Assembly: GCA_017501805.1 (NCBI GenBank)
Contig: JAFVWG010000234.1
Location: 1-27,816 of the forward strand
DNA: 27,816 bases
Direction of reading: 5' to 3'
DNA from: Oscillospiraceae bacterium
GTDB taxonomy: Bacteria; Bacillota; Clostridia; Oscillospirales; Oscillospiraceae
Shown here piece after piece: positions 20,442-27,772 of this stretch. The number at the start of each line of letters is the position of its first letter. The stretch's first letter is position 1. The position numbers were made by a program, and so were the translations under genes. Below the pieces are notes generated by a model that saw only the letters and a list, made by a program, of their open reading frames with translations, made no database searches and was not told the DNA's origin.

Positions 20442-22426
20442 ATTGCGTCAACCTCCGCCATAATTTGCAGGTTTGCAAAGCCCTTCAGATCCATCGCTCC
20501 CGACGGACACGCGACGGTGCAGGCGCCGCAGCCTTGACAAACCGCCGGATTGACCGACGCCACTCTTCTGAGCTTGGTCGTTCTGTCGGGCATGCGGAAT
20601 TCTTTTTCTTCGTACGTGATCGCGCCGTAGGGGCACACATTCGCGCAGGAAGAGCAGCCGTTGCACATCAGTTCGTTCGAGCTTGCAACGCAGGGGTTGC
20701 CCGTAAGCTTATCCTTTGCAAGCAGGCCGATCACCTTCGCAGCCGCCGCACTCGCCTGAGAAACCGTCTCGGGGATGTCCTTCGGTCCCTGGCAGGTGCC
20801 GGAGAGGAACACGCCTGCCGTGGGGCTTTCCACGGGGCGAAGCTTCGGGTGCGCTTCGGTGAAGAAGTCGTTGGTATCCATACTCGCGGTAAGCATCGTC
20901 GCAAGCGGACGAGCGGAGCGATCCGGTTCGATCGCCGCTGCCAGAACAACGAGGTCCGCGTCGATGTGCAGCTGCTTGTTTGCGAGCAGATCGGAGGCCT
21001 GCACCTTCAGTTTGTCGCCTTCGGGCGTCACCTTGCCGACCATACCCTTTATGTATTTCACGCCGTATTCTTCCACCGCACGGCGGTAGAACTCGTCAAA
21101 GTTCTTGCCGGGCGTTCTCACGTCGATGTAGAAGACATACACTTCCGTTTCGGGATATTTGTCCCGGACGAGCATCGCGTGCTTCGCCGTATACATGCAG
21201 CAGATCTTCGAGCAGTATTCCTTGCCCTTTTCGGCGCAGGCGTCACAGCGTGAACCGACGCACTGCACAAAGACGATCGTCTTGGGCGACTTGCCGTCGG
21301 ACGGACGCTCCAGATGACCGGCAGTCGGACCTGCGGCATTGGTAAGACGTTCAAATTCCAGAGACGTGATCACGTCTTTGGACTGGTTGTAGGCAAACTC
21401 GTCAAACTTGTCCATGCTGATGGGGTTAAAGCCGGTCGCCACAACGATCGCGCCGTATTTTTCCGCGATAAACTCATCTTTCTGGGTGTAGTCAATCGCA
21501 CCCACGGTGCAGAAGCGGGCGCAAAGACCGCACTTGCCGTTTTTCAGCATATTGCAGGCATTGGGGTCGATGGTAGCCACCTTCGGCACCGCCTGTGCAA
21601 AGGGAATGTAAACCGCCGTGCGATTGTCCATACCGAGGTTGAACTCGTTGGGGACTTTCTTCATCGGGCACATTTCAACGCAGGCGCCGCAGCCCGTGCA
21701 GATCTCTTCCTTGACATATCTTGCTTTCTTTTTGATCGTAACATCAAAGTTTCCGACGAAGCCCTTGATCTCCGAAACTTCACTGTAGGAGAAAATGCGG
21801 ATCTTGTCATTCTGCGCAACATCCACCATTTTGGGGGTCAGAATGCAGGCCGCGCAGTCGAGCGTCGGGAAGGTTTTATCCAGCTGCGCCATTTTGCCGC
21901 CGATGGTGGGCTTCTTTTCGACAATGTCGACCTCAAAGCCCGCGTCCGCGATGTCCAGAGCGGTCTGAATGCCGGCAATGCCGCCGCCGATCACCAGCGC
22001 GCGCTTGGTCACGGGCGTCTCACCGGGCGTGAGCGGAGCGTTCAGGTTCACCTTCGCGATCGCCGCCTTGCCGAGAATAATGGCCTTCTCGGTGCCGGTC
22101 ACCATATCCTTATGGACCCAGGAGCACTGCTCACGAATGTTGGCGATCTCGACCATATAGGGGTTGAGACCTGCCGCAGCCGCCGTCTTGCGGAAGGTGG
22201 CTTCGTGCATACGCGGCGAGCAGGAGCAAATCACGAGACCGGTAAGATTATGCTCCTTCACGGCATTGATGATCATTTCCTGACCTGCCTGAGAGCACAT
22301 ATATTGGTAATTGGCGGAAAAGACGACACCGGGTTCGTTTTTTAAGGCTTCGGATACTGCCTGCACATCGACCGTGCCTGCAATATTGCTGCCGCACCAA
22401 CATACAAAAACGCCAACTCTTTGCAT
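20432..22426 (-). CDS. hdrA: Heterodisulfide reductase subunit A (FAD, Fe-S)
   Basis: GVFVCWCGSNI, CSCSPRMHE, NIREQCSWVH, GGGIAG, KTFPTLDC, inserted and C-terminal ferredoxin motifs, QCVGSR, CSKICCMYTAK; 664 aa, uninterrupted. Confidence 0.95.
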   Translation of the reverse strand: MQRVGVFVCWCGSNIAGTVDVQAVSEALKNEPGVVFSANYQYMCSQAGQEMIINAVKEHNLTGLVICSCSPRMHEATFRKTAAAAGLNPYMVEIANIREQCSWVHKDMVTGTEKAIILGKAAIAKVNLNAPLTPGETPVTKRALVIGGGIAGIQTALDIADAGFEVDIVEKKPTIGGKMAQLDKTFPTLDCAACILTPKMVDVAQNDKIRIFSYSEVSEIKGFVGNFDVTIKKKARYVKEEICTGCGACVEMCPMKKVPNEFNLGMDNRTAVYIPFAQAVPKVATIDPNACNMLKNGKCGLCARFCTVGAIDYTQKDEFIAEKYGAIVVATGFNPISMDKFDEFAYNQSKDVITSLEFERLTNAAGPTAGHLERPSDGKSPKTIVFVQCVGSRCDACAEKGKEYCSKICCMYTAKHAMLVRDKYPETEVYVFYIDVRTPGKNFDEFYRRAVEEYGVKYIKGMVGKVTPEGDKLKVQASDLLANKQLHIDADLVVLAAAIEPDRSARPLATMLTASMDTNDFFTEAHPKLRPVESPTAGVFLSGTCQGPKDIPETVSQASAAAAKVIGLLAKDKLTGNPCVASSNELMCNGCSSCANVCPYGAITYEEKEFRMPDRTTKLRRVASVNPAVCQGCGACTVACPSGAMDLKGFANLQIMAEVDAICK

Positions 22427-22440
22427 TTGTCTTTTCCTCC

Positions 22441-22830
22441 TTACTTGCTGTATTTTCTGAATGCGCTGACCAGCAGCTGCTGCGGGATGTCCTCGTCCAG
22501 CAGGGCGGGCACATCGTCAGCCGTCATACGGTTCGCACCCTGTTTTCTGATCACGCTCAGGCGCACGGCCTCCACCAGCTTGGCGGGCTCCACGCTTCTG
22601 GGGCATCTGTCCACACAGGCGAAGCAGGACAGGCACTTGTAGAGCGATTCCGAGTTGAGCAGCGGCTCAATGTCACCCGTCTCCACCATGCTGACGAACT
22701 GATGAGGATGATACTCCATCTCGTCAAAGGCAGGGCAGGTGGCGGTGCACTTGCCGCATTTCATACATTTCCGGGGATTCACACCGCTCTGGCGGATCAG
22801 TTCCTCGCGAAGATACTTGTTGTTATGCAT
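22441..22830 (-). CDS. hdrC: Heterodisulfide reductase subunit C-like 2x[4Fe-4S] protein
   Basis: CMKCGKCTATCP and CLSCFACVDRCP; 129 aa. Confidence 0.88.
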   Translation of the reverse strand: MHNNKYLREELIRQSGVNPRKCMKCGKCTATCPAFDEMEYHPHQFVSMVETGDIEPLLNSESLYKCLSCFACVDRCPRSVEPAKLVEAVRLSVIRKQGANRMTADDVPALLDEDIPQQLLVSAFRKYSK

Positions 22831-23614
22831 TTGTATCCTCCTTTACGCCGAGCGCCTCTGCCAAAAGTTCGGTGATATACACCACGGGAATATCCGCTCC
22901 GTTTTTCACCAGATTGTACTTGCACAGCGGGCAAGCCGTGATCAGCATCTGTGCGCCCTGCGCTTTTGCATTGTTCACAACGGCATTGCTCTTTTCTTTT
23001 GCAAGTTCGGGGCTTTCCACGCTGACATAGCCGCCGCAGCACTCATTGCGCATCGCGTACACGACCGGTTCTGCGCCGAGCGCCTTGATAAAATCCTCCA
23101 TAATGGTGGGATTTTCGGGATCGTCCATCTGCATCACGCTGTTCGGTCTGAGCAGCAGGCAGCCGTAATACGCCGCGATCTTCTTCCCCGCAAGCGGGTT
23201 TACGATCTTTTCCTTCAGCGCGTCAAAGCCGACAAGATCGCGCAGCATCTCCAGATAATGATACACCTTCGTCTCGCCGAGATACGCATCCTCTTCGTCC
23301 ATATAGCGGCTGACCTTGTCGGAAAATTCCGCATCGGTCTGCATGGCGTGATTGGTCTGCTTGATAACATTGTGGCAAGCCGAGCAAACGGTCACGAGCG
23401 GCTGTTCCTTTCTGTGCGCATCCTTCAGCGCACGGACGGAGGAAAGTTTCGTTGCAATCTCATCTTTCGCGGTAGTAAACACACCGCCGCAGCATTGCCA
23501 GTTTTCAATTTCTTCGAGCGTGACTCCCAGCGCCTCCGCGGATTTGCGTGCATACAGATCCAGCTCCTTGGCCTTGTTCTTCAGCGTACAGCCCGGAAAA
23601 TATGCAACCTTCAT
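22823..23614 (-). CDS. hdrB: Heterodisulfide reductase subunit B (two CCG domains)
   Basis: YFPGC...WQCCGG...CSAC and YYGC...ECCGG...CPLC. Confidence 0.92.
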   Translation of the reverse strand: MKVAYFPGCTLKNKAKELDLYARKSAEALGVTLEEIENWQCCGGVFTTAKDEIATKLSSVRALKDAHRKEQPLVTVCSACHNVIKQTNHAMQTDAEFSDKVSRYMDEEDAYLGETKVYHYLEMLRDLVGFDALKEKIVNPLAGKKIAAYYGCLLLRPNSVMQMDDPENPTIMEDFIKALGAEPVVYAMRNECCGGYVSVESPELAKEKSNAVVNNAKAQGAQMLITACPLCKYNLVKNGADIPVVYITELLAEALGVKEDTNA

Positions 23615-23629
23615 GTTTATACCTCCGAA

Positions 23630-25006
23630 TCAAACCATTTCTTCGGGATGGAATACCTCGTCAAATTTTTCTGCCGTCAGGAAGCCGAGCTCCACGCAGG
23701 CTTCTTTCAGGGAAATGTCGTCCTTGAACGCCTTCTTCACGGTCTTGGCGGCGTTTTCGTATCCGATGTAGGGATTGAGTGCCGTAACGAGCATCAGGGA
23801 GTTGTGCAGATTGTGGTGCATCTTTTCTTTGTTCGCCTTGATTCCGACCGCGCAGTTCTTGTTGAAGGAGCGGATCGCTTCCGCCATCAGTCTCGCCGAC
23901 TGCAGGAAGTTGTAGATGCAGACCGGCATAAAGACGTTCAGTTCAAAGTTGCCCTGCGAAGCGGCAAGACCCACCGCAACATCGTTGCCCATAACCTGAA
24001 CCGCGACCATCGTGACCGCCTCGCACTGGGTGGGATTCACCTTGCCGGGCATAATGGAGGAGCCGGGCTCGTTTTCGGGAATAAAGATCTCGCCGAGACC
24101 GTCACGCGGACCGGAAGCCAGCCAGCGCACGTCGTTTGCGATCTTCATCATATCGGCAGCCAGCGCCTTGATCGCGCCGTGGGCAAACACAAGCTCATCC
24201 TTGGAGGTGAGTGCGTGGAATTTGTTGGAAGCGGTGACAAAGGGCTTTTTCGTGATGTTGCCCACTTCCGCGGCAACCGTCTCGGAAAAAGCGGGGGGCG
24301 CGTTGAGACCCGTGCCGACCGCCGTTCCGCCGAGTGCAAGCTCATACAGAGGCTCGATGGAGCGCTTGATCAGTTCAATGTCCTTTTCGAGGCTGGAGCG
24401 CCAGCCGCTGATCTCCTGGCTGAACTTGATGGGCGTGGCATCCTGCAGATGGGTACGTCCGCTCTTGACGATGCCTTCGTTTTCTTCCTCAAGTCTCTTG
24501 AAAGTCGCAACCAGCTCCTCGACGGCGGGGATCAGCTTATCTTCCAGAATGAGCACCGCCGCGATATGCATCGCCGTGGGGAAGGTGTCGTTGGAGGACT
24601 GGCTCATATTGACGTCATCGTTGGGATGCAGCAGCTTCTTGCCGAGGATCTCATTGCCTCTGTTGGCGATGACCTCGTTTGCGTTCATGTTGGACTGCGT
24701 GCCGGAGCCCGTCTGCCACACGACCAGCGGGAAGTTGTCGTTGAGTTTGCCCGCCATAATTTCATCGCAGGCGGCCTTGATCGCCTCCAGCTTTTCTGCG
24801 GTCATCTTCTCCGGACGCAGGGCGTTGTTGGTGATGGCGGCGGCCTTTTTCAGCACGCCGAACGCGTGAATGATCTCGCCGGGCATCGTCTCGATGCCCA
24901 CACCGATCTCGAAATTCTCGTGACTTCTCTGCGTCTGCGCAGCCCAAAGTTTATCGGCAGGCACCTTCACTTCACCCATAGAGTCGTGTTCGATACGATA
25001 GTCCAT
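23630..25006 (-). CDS. fumC: Class II fumarate hydratase
   Basis: DSMGEV, WQTGSGTQSNMNANEV, GRTHLQDA, GSSIMPGKVNPTQCEA. Confidence 0.96.
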   Translation of the reverse strand: MDYRIEHDSMGEVKVPADKLWAAQTQRSHENFEIGVGIETMPGEIIHAFGVLKKAAAITNNALRPEKMTAEKLEAIKAACDEIMAGKLNDNFPLVVWQTGSGTQSNMNANEVIANRGNEILGKKLLHPNDDVNMSQSSNDTFPTAMHIAAVLILEDKLIPAVEELVATFKRLEEENEGIVKSGRTHLQDATPIKFSQEISGWRSSLEKDIELIKRSIEPLYELALGGTAVGTGLNAPPAFSETVAAEVGNITKKPFVTASNKFHALTSKDELVFAHGAIKALAADMMKIANDVRWLASGPRDGLGEIFIPENEPGSSIMPGKVNPTQCEAVTMVAVQVMGNDVAVGLAASQGNFELNVFMPVCIYNFLQSARLMAEAIRSFNKNCAVGIKANKEKMHHNLHNSLMLVTALNPYIGYENAAKTVKKAFKDDISLKEACVELGFLTAEKFDEVFHPEEMV

Positions 25007-25034
25007 TTTCTTATACCTCTTTCCGAATTAAATT

Positions 25035-25976
25035 TTAGATATTCAAGGTTTTGATCAGATCTTTCAGGACCTTTGCACTTTTATGCAGCGCCGCAATTTC
25101 CTCCTCGTTCAGGGGGAGTATGACCTTGGCGTATGCGCCCTTTTTGCCCACAACGTTGAGCAGGCTCAGACAGACATCGTCAACGCCGTATTCGCCGTTC
25201 ACCAAAGTCGAAACGGTGAGCATCGTCTCAACGCCGCTGAGCAGACACTTGCAGATATGGCACACCGAGATCGAGACCGCGTAGAAGGTAGCGCCCTTGC
25301 GCTGAATGATCCGCGAGCCGGAGGTGCGCATATACTCTTCCACTTCGCTCTTAACGAAATCGGGATATTCCGTCTTGCTCTGGATCGCGTCCTTAAAGGC
25401 CTCGATCGGCACATTGGAAATGTTGGCAAGCGACCAGGGGACGAAGGAATTGTCGCCGTGTTCGCCGAGCACGTAGGCGTGCACGTTTTTCTGGTTCACG
25501 GTGTAGTATTCCGAGATGCGCGAGCGCAGTCTTGCCGTATCGAGGACCGTGCCCGAGCCGATGACGCGCTCCTTGGGCAGCCCCGTGTGCTTGAGGAACA
25601 CATAGGTCAGAACGTCAACGGGGTTGCTGACGATGATGTAAGTAGCATTGGGCGCGACGGGGACGATCTTGTCGGCAATGCTCTTGATGATCTCCACGTT
25701 GGCCTGTGCAAGATCGTGACGGGACTGACCGGGCTTTCTCGCGATGCCAGAAGTGATGACCACGATTTCCGAATTTCTGGCGTCGGCATACGAGCCGGCG
25801 TAAATATCCACAGGCGTGCAGAAGCAGGTGCCCTGTCTGATGTCCATTGCTTCGCCGAGTGACTTTTCCTGATTGATATCGATCATAACGATTTCGGAAG
25901 CAATTCCCATCGTAGTAAGCGTGTATGCGATCGTGGATCCGACGTTGCCCGATCCGATAACGGTGATTTTGCTCAT
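25035..25976 (-). CDS. mdh: LDH/MDH-family dehydrogenase, probably a malate dehydrogenase
   Basis: GSGNVG, SNPVD, GTVLDTAR, GEHGD. The specificity-loop residue is Arg (GIARKPGQSR, codon 25737-25739), not the Gln of LDHs. Lies next to fumC. Confidence 0.75.
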   Translation of the reverse strand: MSKITVIGSGNVGSTIAYTLTTMGIASEIVMIDINQEKSLGEAMDIRQGTCFCTPVDIYAGSYADARNSEIVVITSGIARKPGQSRHDLAQANVEIIKSIADKIVPVAPNATYIIVSNPVDVLTYVFLKHTGLPKERVIGSGTVLDTARLRSRISEYYTVNQKNVHAYVLGEHGDNSFVPWSLANISNVPIEAFKDAIQSKTEYPDFVKSEVEEYMRTSGSRIIQRKGATFYAVSISVCHICKCLLSGVETMLTVSTLVNGEYGVDDVCLSLLNVVGKKGAYAKVILPLNEEEIAALHKSAKVLKDLIKTLNI

Positions 25977-26054
25977 AGTTTTTTCCGCCTTTCATCTTTC
26001 TGCGATCCGTCCGCGGCATCCGCGTCTGTTCGCATATTTCTCTGCTTCTCTTTT

Positions 26055-26594
26055 TCAGAAGTATGTGATGCTTATTTTTTTGCCCATCTTTTCAAGGCAG
26101 TCGGCAAGCTCTTCCGCAAGGTGCATCTTCACGTCAAAGCCGATCGGAAGATCCGGCGTTTCGTGGGCGGGGTTTACCGCTCTGCCGATGTAGAGGTGAA
26201 TATCGCTTGCCTCTCCGAAGAGTGCTCTGCTCAAAAGCGAAGCGCCGTCCTTTTGACATTGCCACGTTTCGCAAAGCCGTTTTTCTCCGAGGAGATCCTT
26301 CGCGTATTCCAGCACGCGCCCGACGGTGATCACACCTTCGGTGACGAGATCCGCACCCTCCAGCTCCGCCGTAGGCGGGATATCCTCGTCCTCATAATCA
26401 AGGCTTGCCGCCAGCGGTTTTTTCAAAAACGCTGCCGCGATGCCGGCGGTTGTGCCGCCGCAGATCATGTGCATCCCCTCCTCCGAGAAGAAGCGGGAAA
26501 GCATCCGGTCGGCATCGGCACGGTCGGACGGCGGACCGAAGAGCACATTCACGCGGACGGCGCCGCCGTCCGTCTTATCTCCGCAGTATTCCAT
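26055..26594 (-). CDS. Stand-alone protein resembling the C-terminal domain of HfsC/SpoIIE-type phosphatases of hydrogenase loci
   Basis: VLFGPP, ICGGTT, LEGADLVTEGVIT, YIGRAVNPAH motifs recalled from the C-terminal half of hydrogenase-associated SpoIIE proteins; no PP2C motifs; own AAGGAG RBS and ATG. Confidence 0.65.
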   Translation of the reverse strand: MEYCGDKTDGGAVRVNVLFGPPSDRADADRMLSRFFSEEGMHMICGGTTAGIAAAFLKKPLAASLDYEDEDIPPTAELEGADLVTEGVITVGRVLEYAKDLLGEKRLCETWQCQKDGASLLSRALFGEASDIHLYIGRAVNPAHETPDLPIGFDVKMHLAEELADCLEKMGKKISITYF

Positions 26595-26627
26595 CGGTCT
26601 GTCTCCTTCGTCTGCCCTCGCGGGTGC

Positions 26628-26867
26628 TCAGAGCTTTGCCTTGATCTGCTTCTCGAAGAACTCGTCTGCCGAATCCGGCGTCACGGAAAAGAGCTCGTCA
26701 TTGATGGTGACGCAGACGCCCTCCTGACACTTTCCGATGCAGAACGTGCCCTTGAGTCTCACCTTATCTTCCAGCCCGTTTTCGCTGATGCGATTTTGCA
26801 GGCATTCCAGAACCAGACGGGAGCCTTTGATATGACAGTAGCTTCCGATACACACAGTAACGATCAT
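26628..26867 (-). CDS. Thioredoxin-like [2Fe-2S] ferredoxin (NuoE/HfsA-like)
   Basis: VCIGSYCHIKG and TFCIGKC give CxxxxC...CxxxC; ATG at 26867 after GGAGG. Confidence 0.85.
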   Translation of the reverse strand: MIVTVCIGSYCHIKGSRLVLECLQNRISENGLEDKVRLKGTFCIGKCQEGVCVTINDELFSVTPDSADEFFEKQIKAKL

Positions 26868-26895
26868 GTTCGTTTCCTCCAATACTATTTTCGAA

Positions 26896-27519
26896 TCAGT
26901 TGCGTGACATACGATTTCTCAGATGCGCCAAGGACAAAGCCAGGCTTTCGTTCTGAAGCAGGACATCATCCGGCACCTGCAGCTTGCAGGGGGCAAAATT
27001 CCAAATAGCCTTGATGCCGCTCGCTACCATTCTGTCGCAAACCTCCTGCGCCGAGGCTTCGCCCACGGTGATGATGCCGAGTTCCACGTTGTTTTCCCGG
27101 CAAAAATCCGAGAAGCGATGCATCGGCAGGATCTCCGTTTTGGAAGCCGCAGCAAGGGCGTGCTCATTCGAGTCAAACGCCGCAGCGATCTTCACACCGT
27201 AGTGGCGAAAGCCGTCGTACTGCAAAAGCGCGCTTCCCAGCTTTCCCGCGCCGACCAAAACAGCCAAAGTCATCTGGTTGTAGCCGAGGCAGTCTTCCAA
27301 TTGGCTGACCAGGGTTTCCGTATCATACCCGACCCGCGGTCTGCCTGCGCCGCTCACCATGGAAAGATCCTTTCGCACCTGAACCTCGCCGAGCTTCAGC
27401 GCTTTCGCGATCGTCGTTGCCGATATGTGAGGAACTCTTTCCGGGGAAATCTCTCTGAGATACGTGAGATATCTCGGGATGCGTCCCAGCGTAGCTTTCG
27501 GTATGGAGCTTTTATCCAC
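26896..27519 (-). CDS. rex: Redox-sensing transcriptional repressor Rex
   Basis: Winged-helix region (GRIPRY, QVRKDL, GY) plus Rossmann domain (LVGAGKLG, LLQY, AFD, IWNFAP). Confidence 0.92.
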   Translation of the reverse strand: MDKSSIPKATLGRIPRYLTYLREISPERVPHISATTIAKALKLGEVQVRKDLSMVSGAGRPRVGYDTETLVSQLEDCLGYNQMTLAVLVGAGKLGSALLQYDGFRHYGVKIAAAFDSNEHALAAASKTEILPMHRFSDFCRENNVELGIITVGEASAQEVCDRMVASGIKAIWNFAPCKLQVPDDVLLQNESLALSLAHLRNRMSRN

Positions 27520-27640
27520 TCGCCATCGAGCCTCCCTTTACGCCGTAAAACGGCGAAAATACGGTCGTTTTTAATAAATATCGATATTATCGATAAAGCA
27601 CATATCGATATGTAAATAAAAAGACACCTATAGTACTACT

Positions 27641-27676
27641 ATTATAGTATTCTAACACATTTCGACCATAAATCAA
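27641..27676 (-). promoter_or_regulatory. Candidate sigma-A promoter of the rex-led cluster
   Basis: TTGATT (27676-27671), 16 nt, TG-n-TAGAAT; a second perfect TATAAT at 27646-27641. Confidence 0.5.
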
Positions 27677-27772
27677 TAGGTTTTATGTGATTCAGAAAAA
27701 TACATACGCCACTCGCATTCATTTCTTACGCAAACAGGACCGAAGCGGAAAAAACATCCGAACATTTCCCGC

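Noticed and set aside
20007-23614. hdrABC/mvhD as evidence of methanogenesis, sulfate reduction or archaeal contamination
   Set aside because: No mcr, dsr or hydrogenase genes; bacterial RBSs, Rex and T-box context; Flx-Hdr modules are known in fermentative bacteria.
17174-23614. Selenocysteine recoding or frameshifts in hdr/flx genes
   Set aside because: All frames are uninterrupted with Cys at motif positions; no in-frame TGA was seen.
23630-25006. Aspartate ammonia-lyase (suggested by the AspT-family neighbour)
   Set aside because: The signature GKVNPTQCEA and WQTGSGTQSNMN are of the FumC type.
27660-27700. Canonical Rex operator
   Set aside because: Only one half-site (ATGTGAT) matches; no 18-bp palindrome was found by eye.
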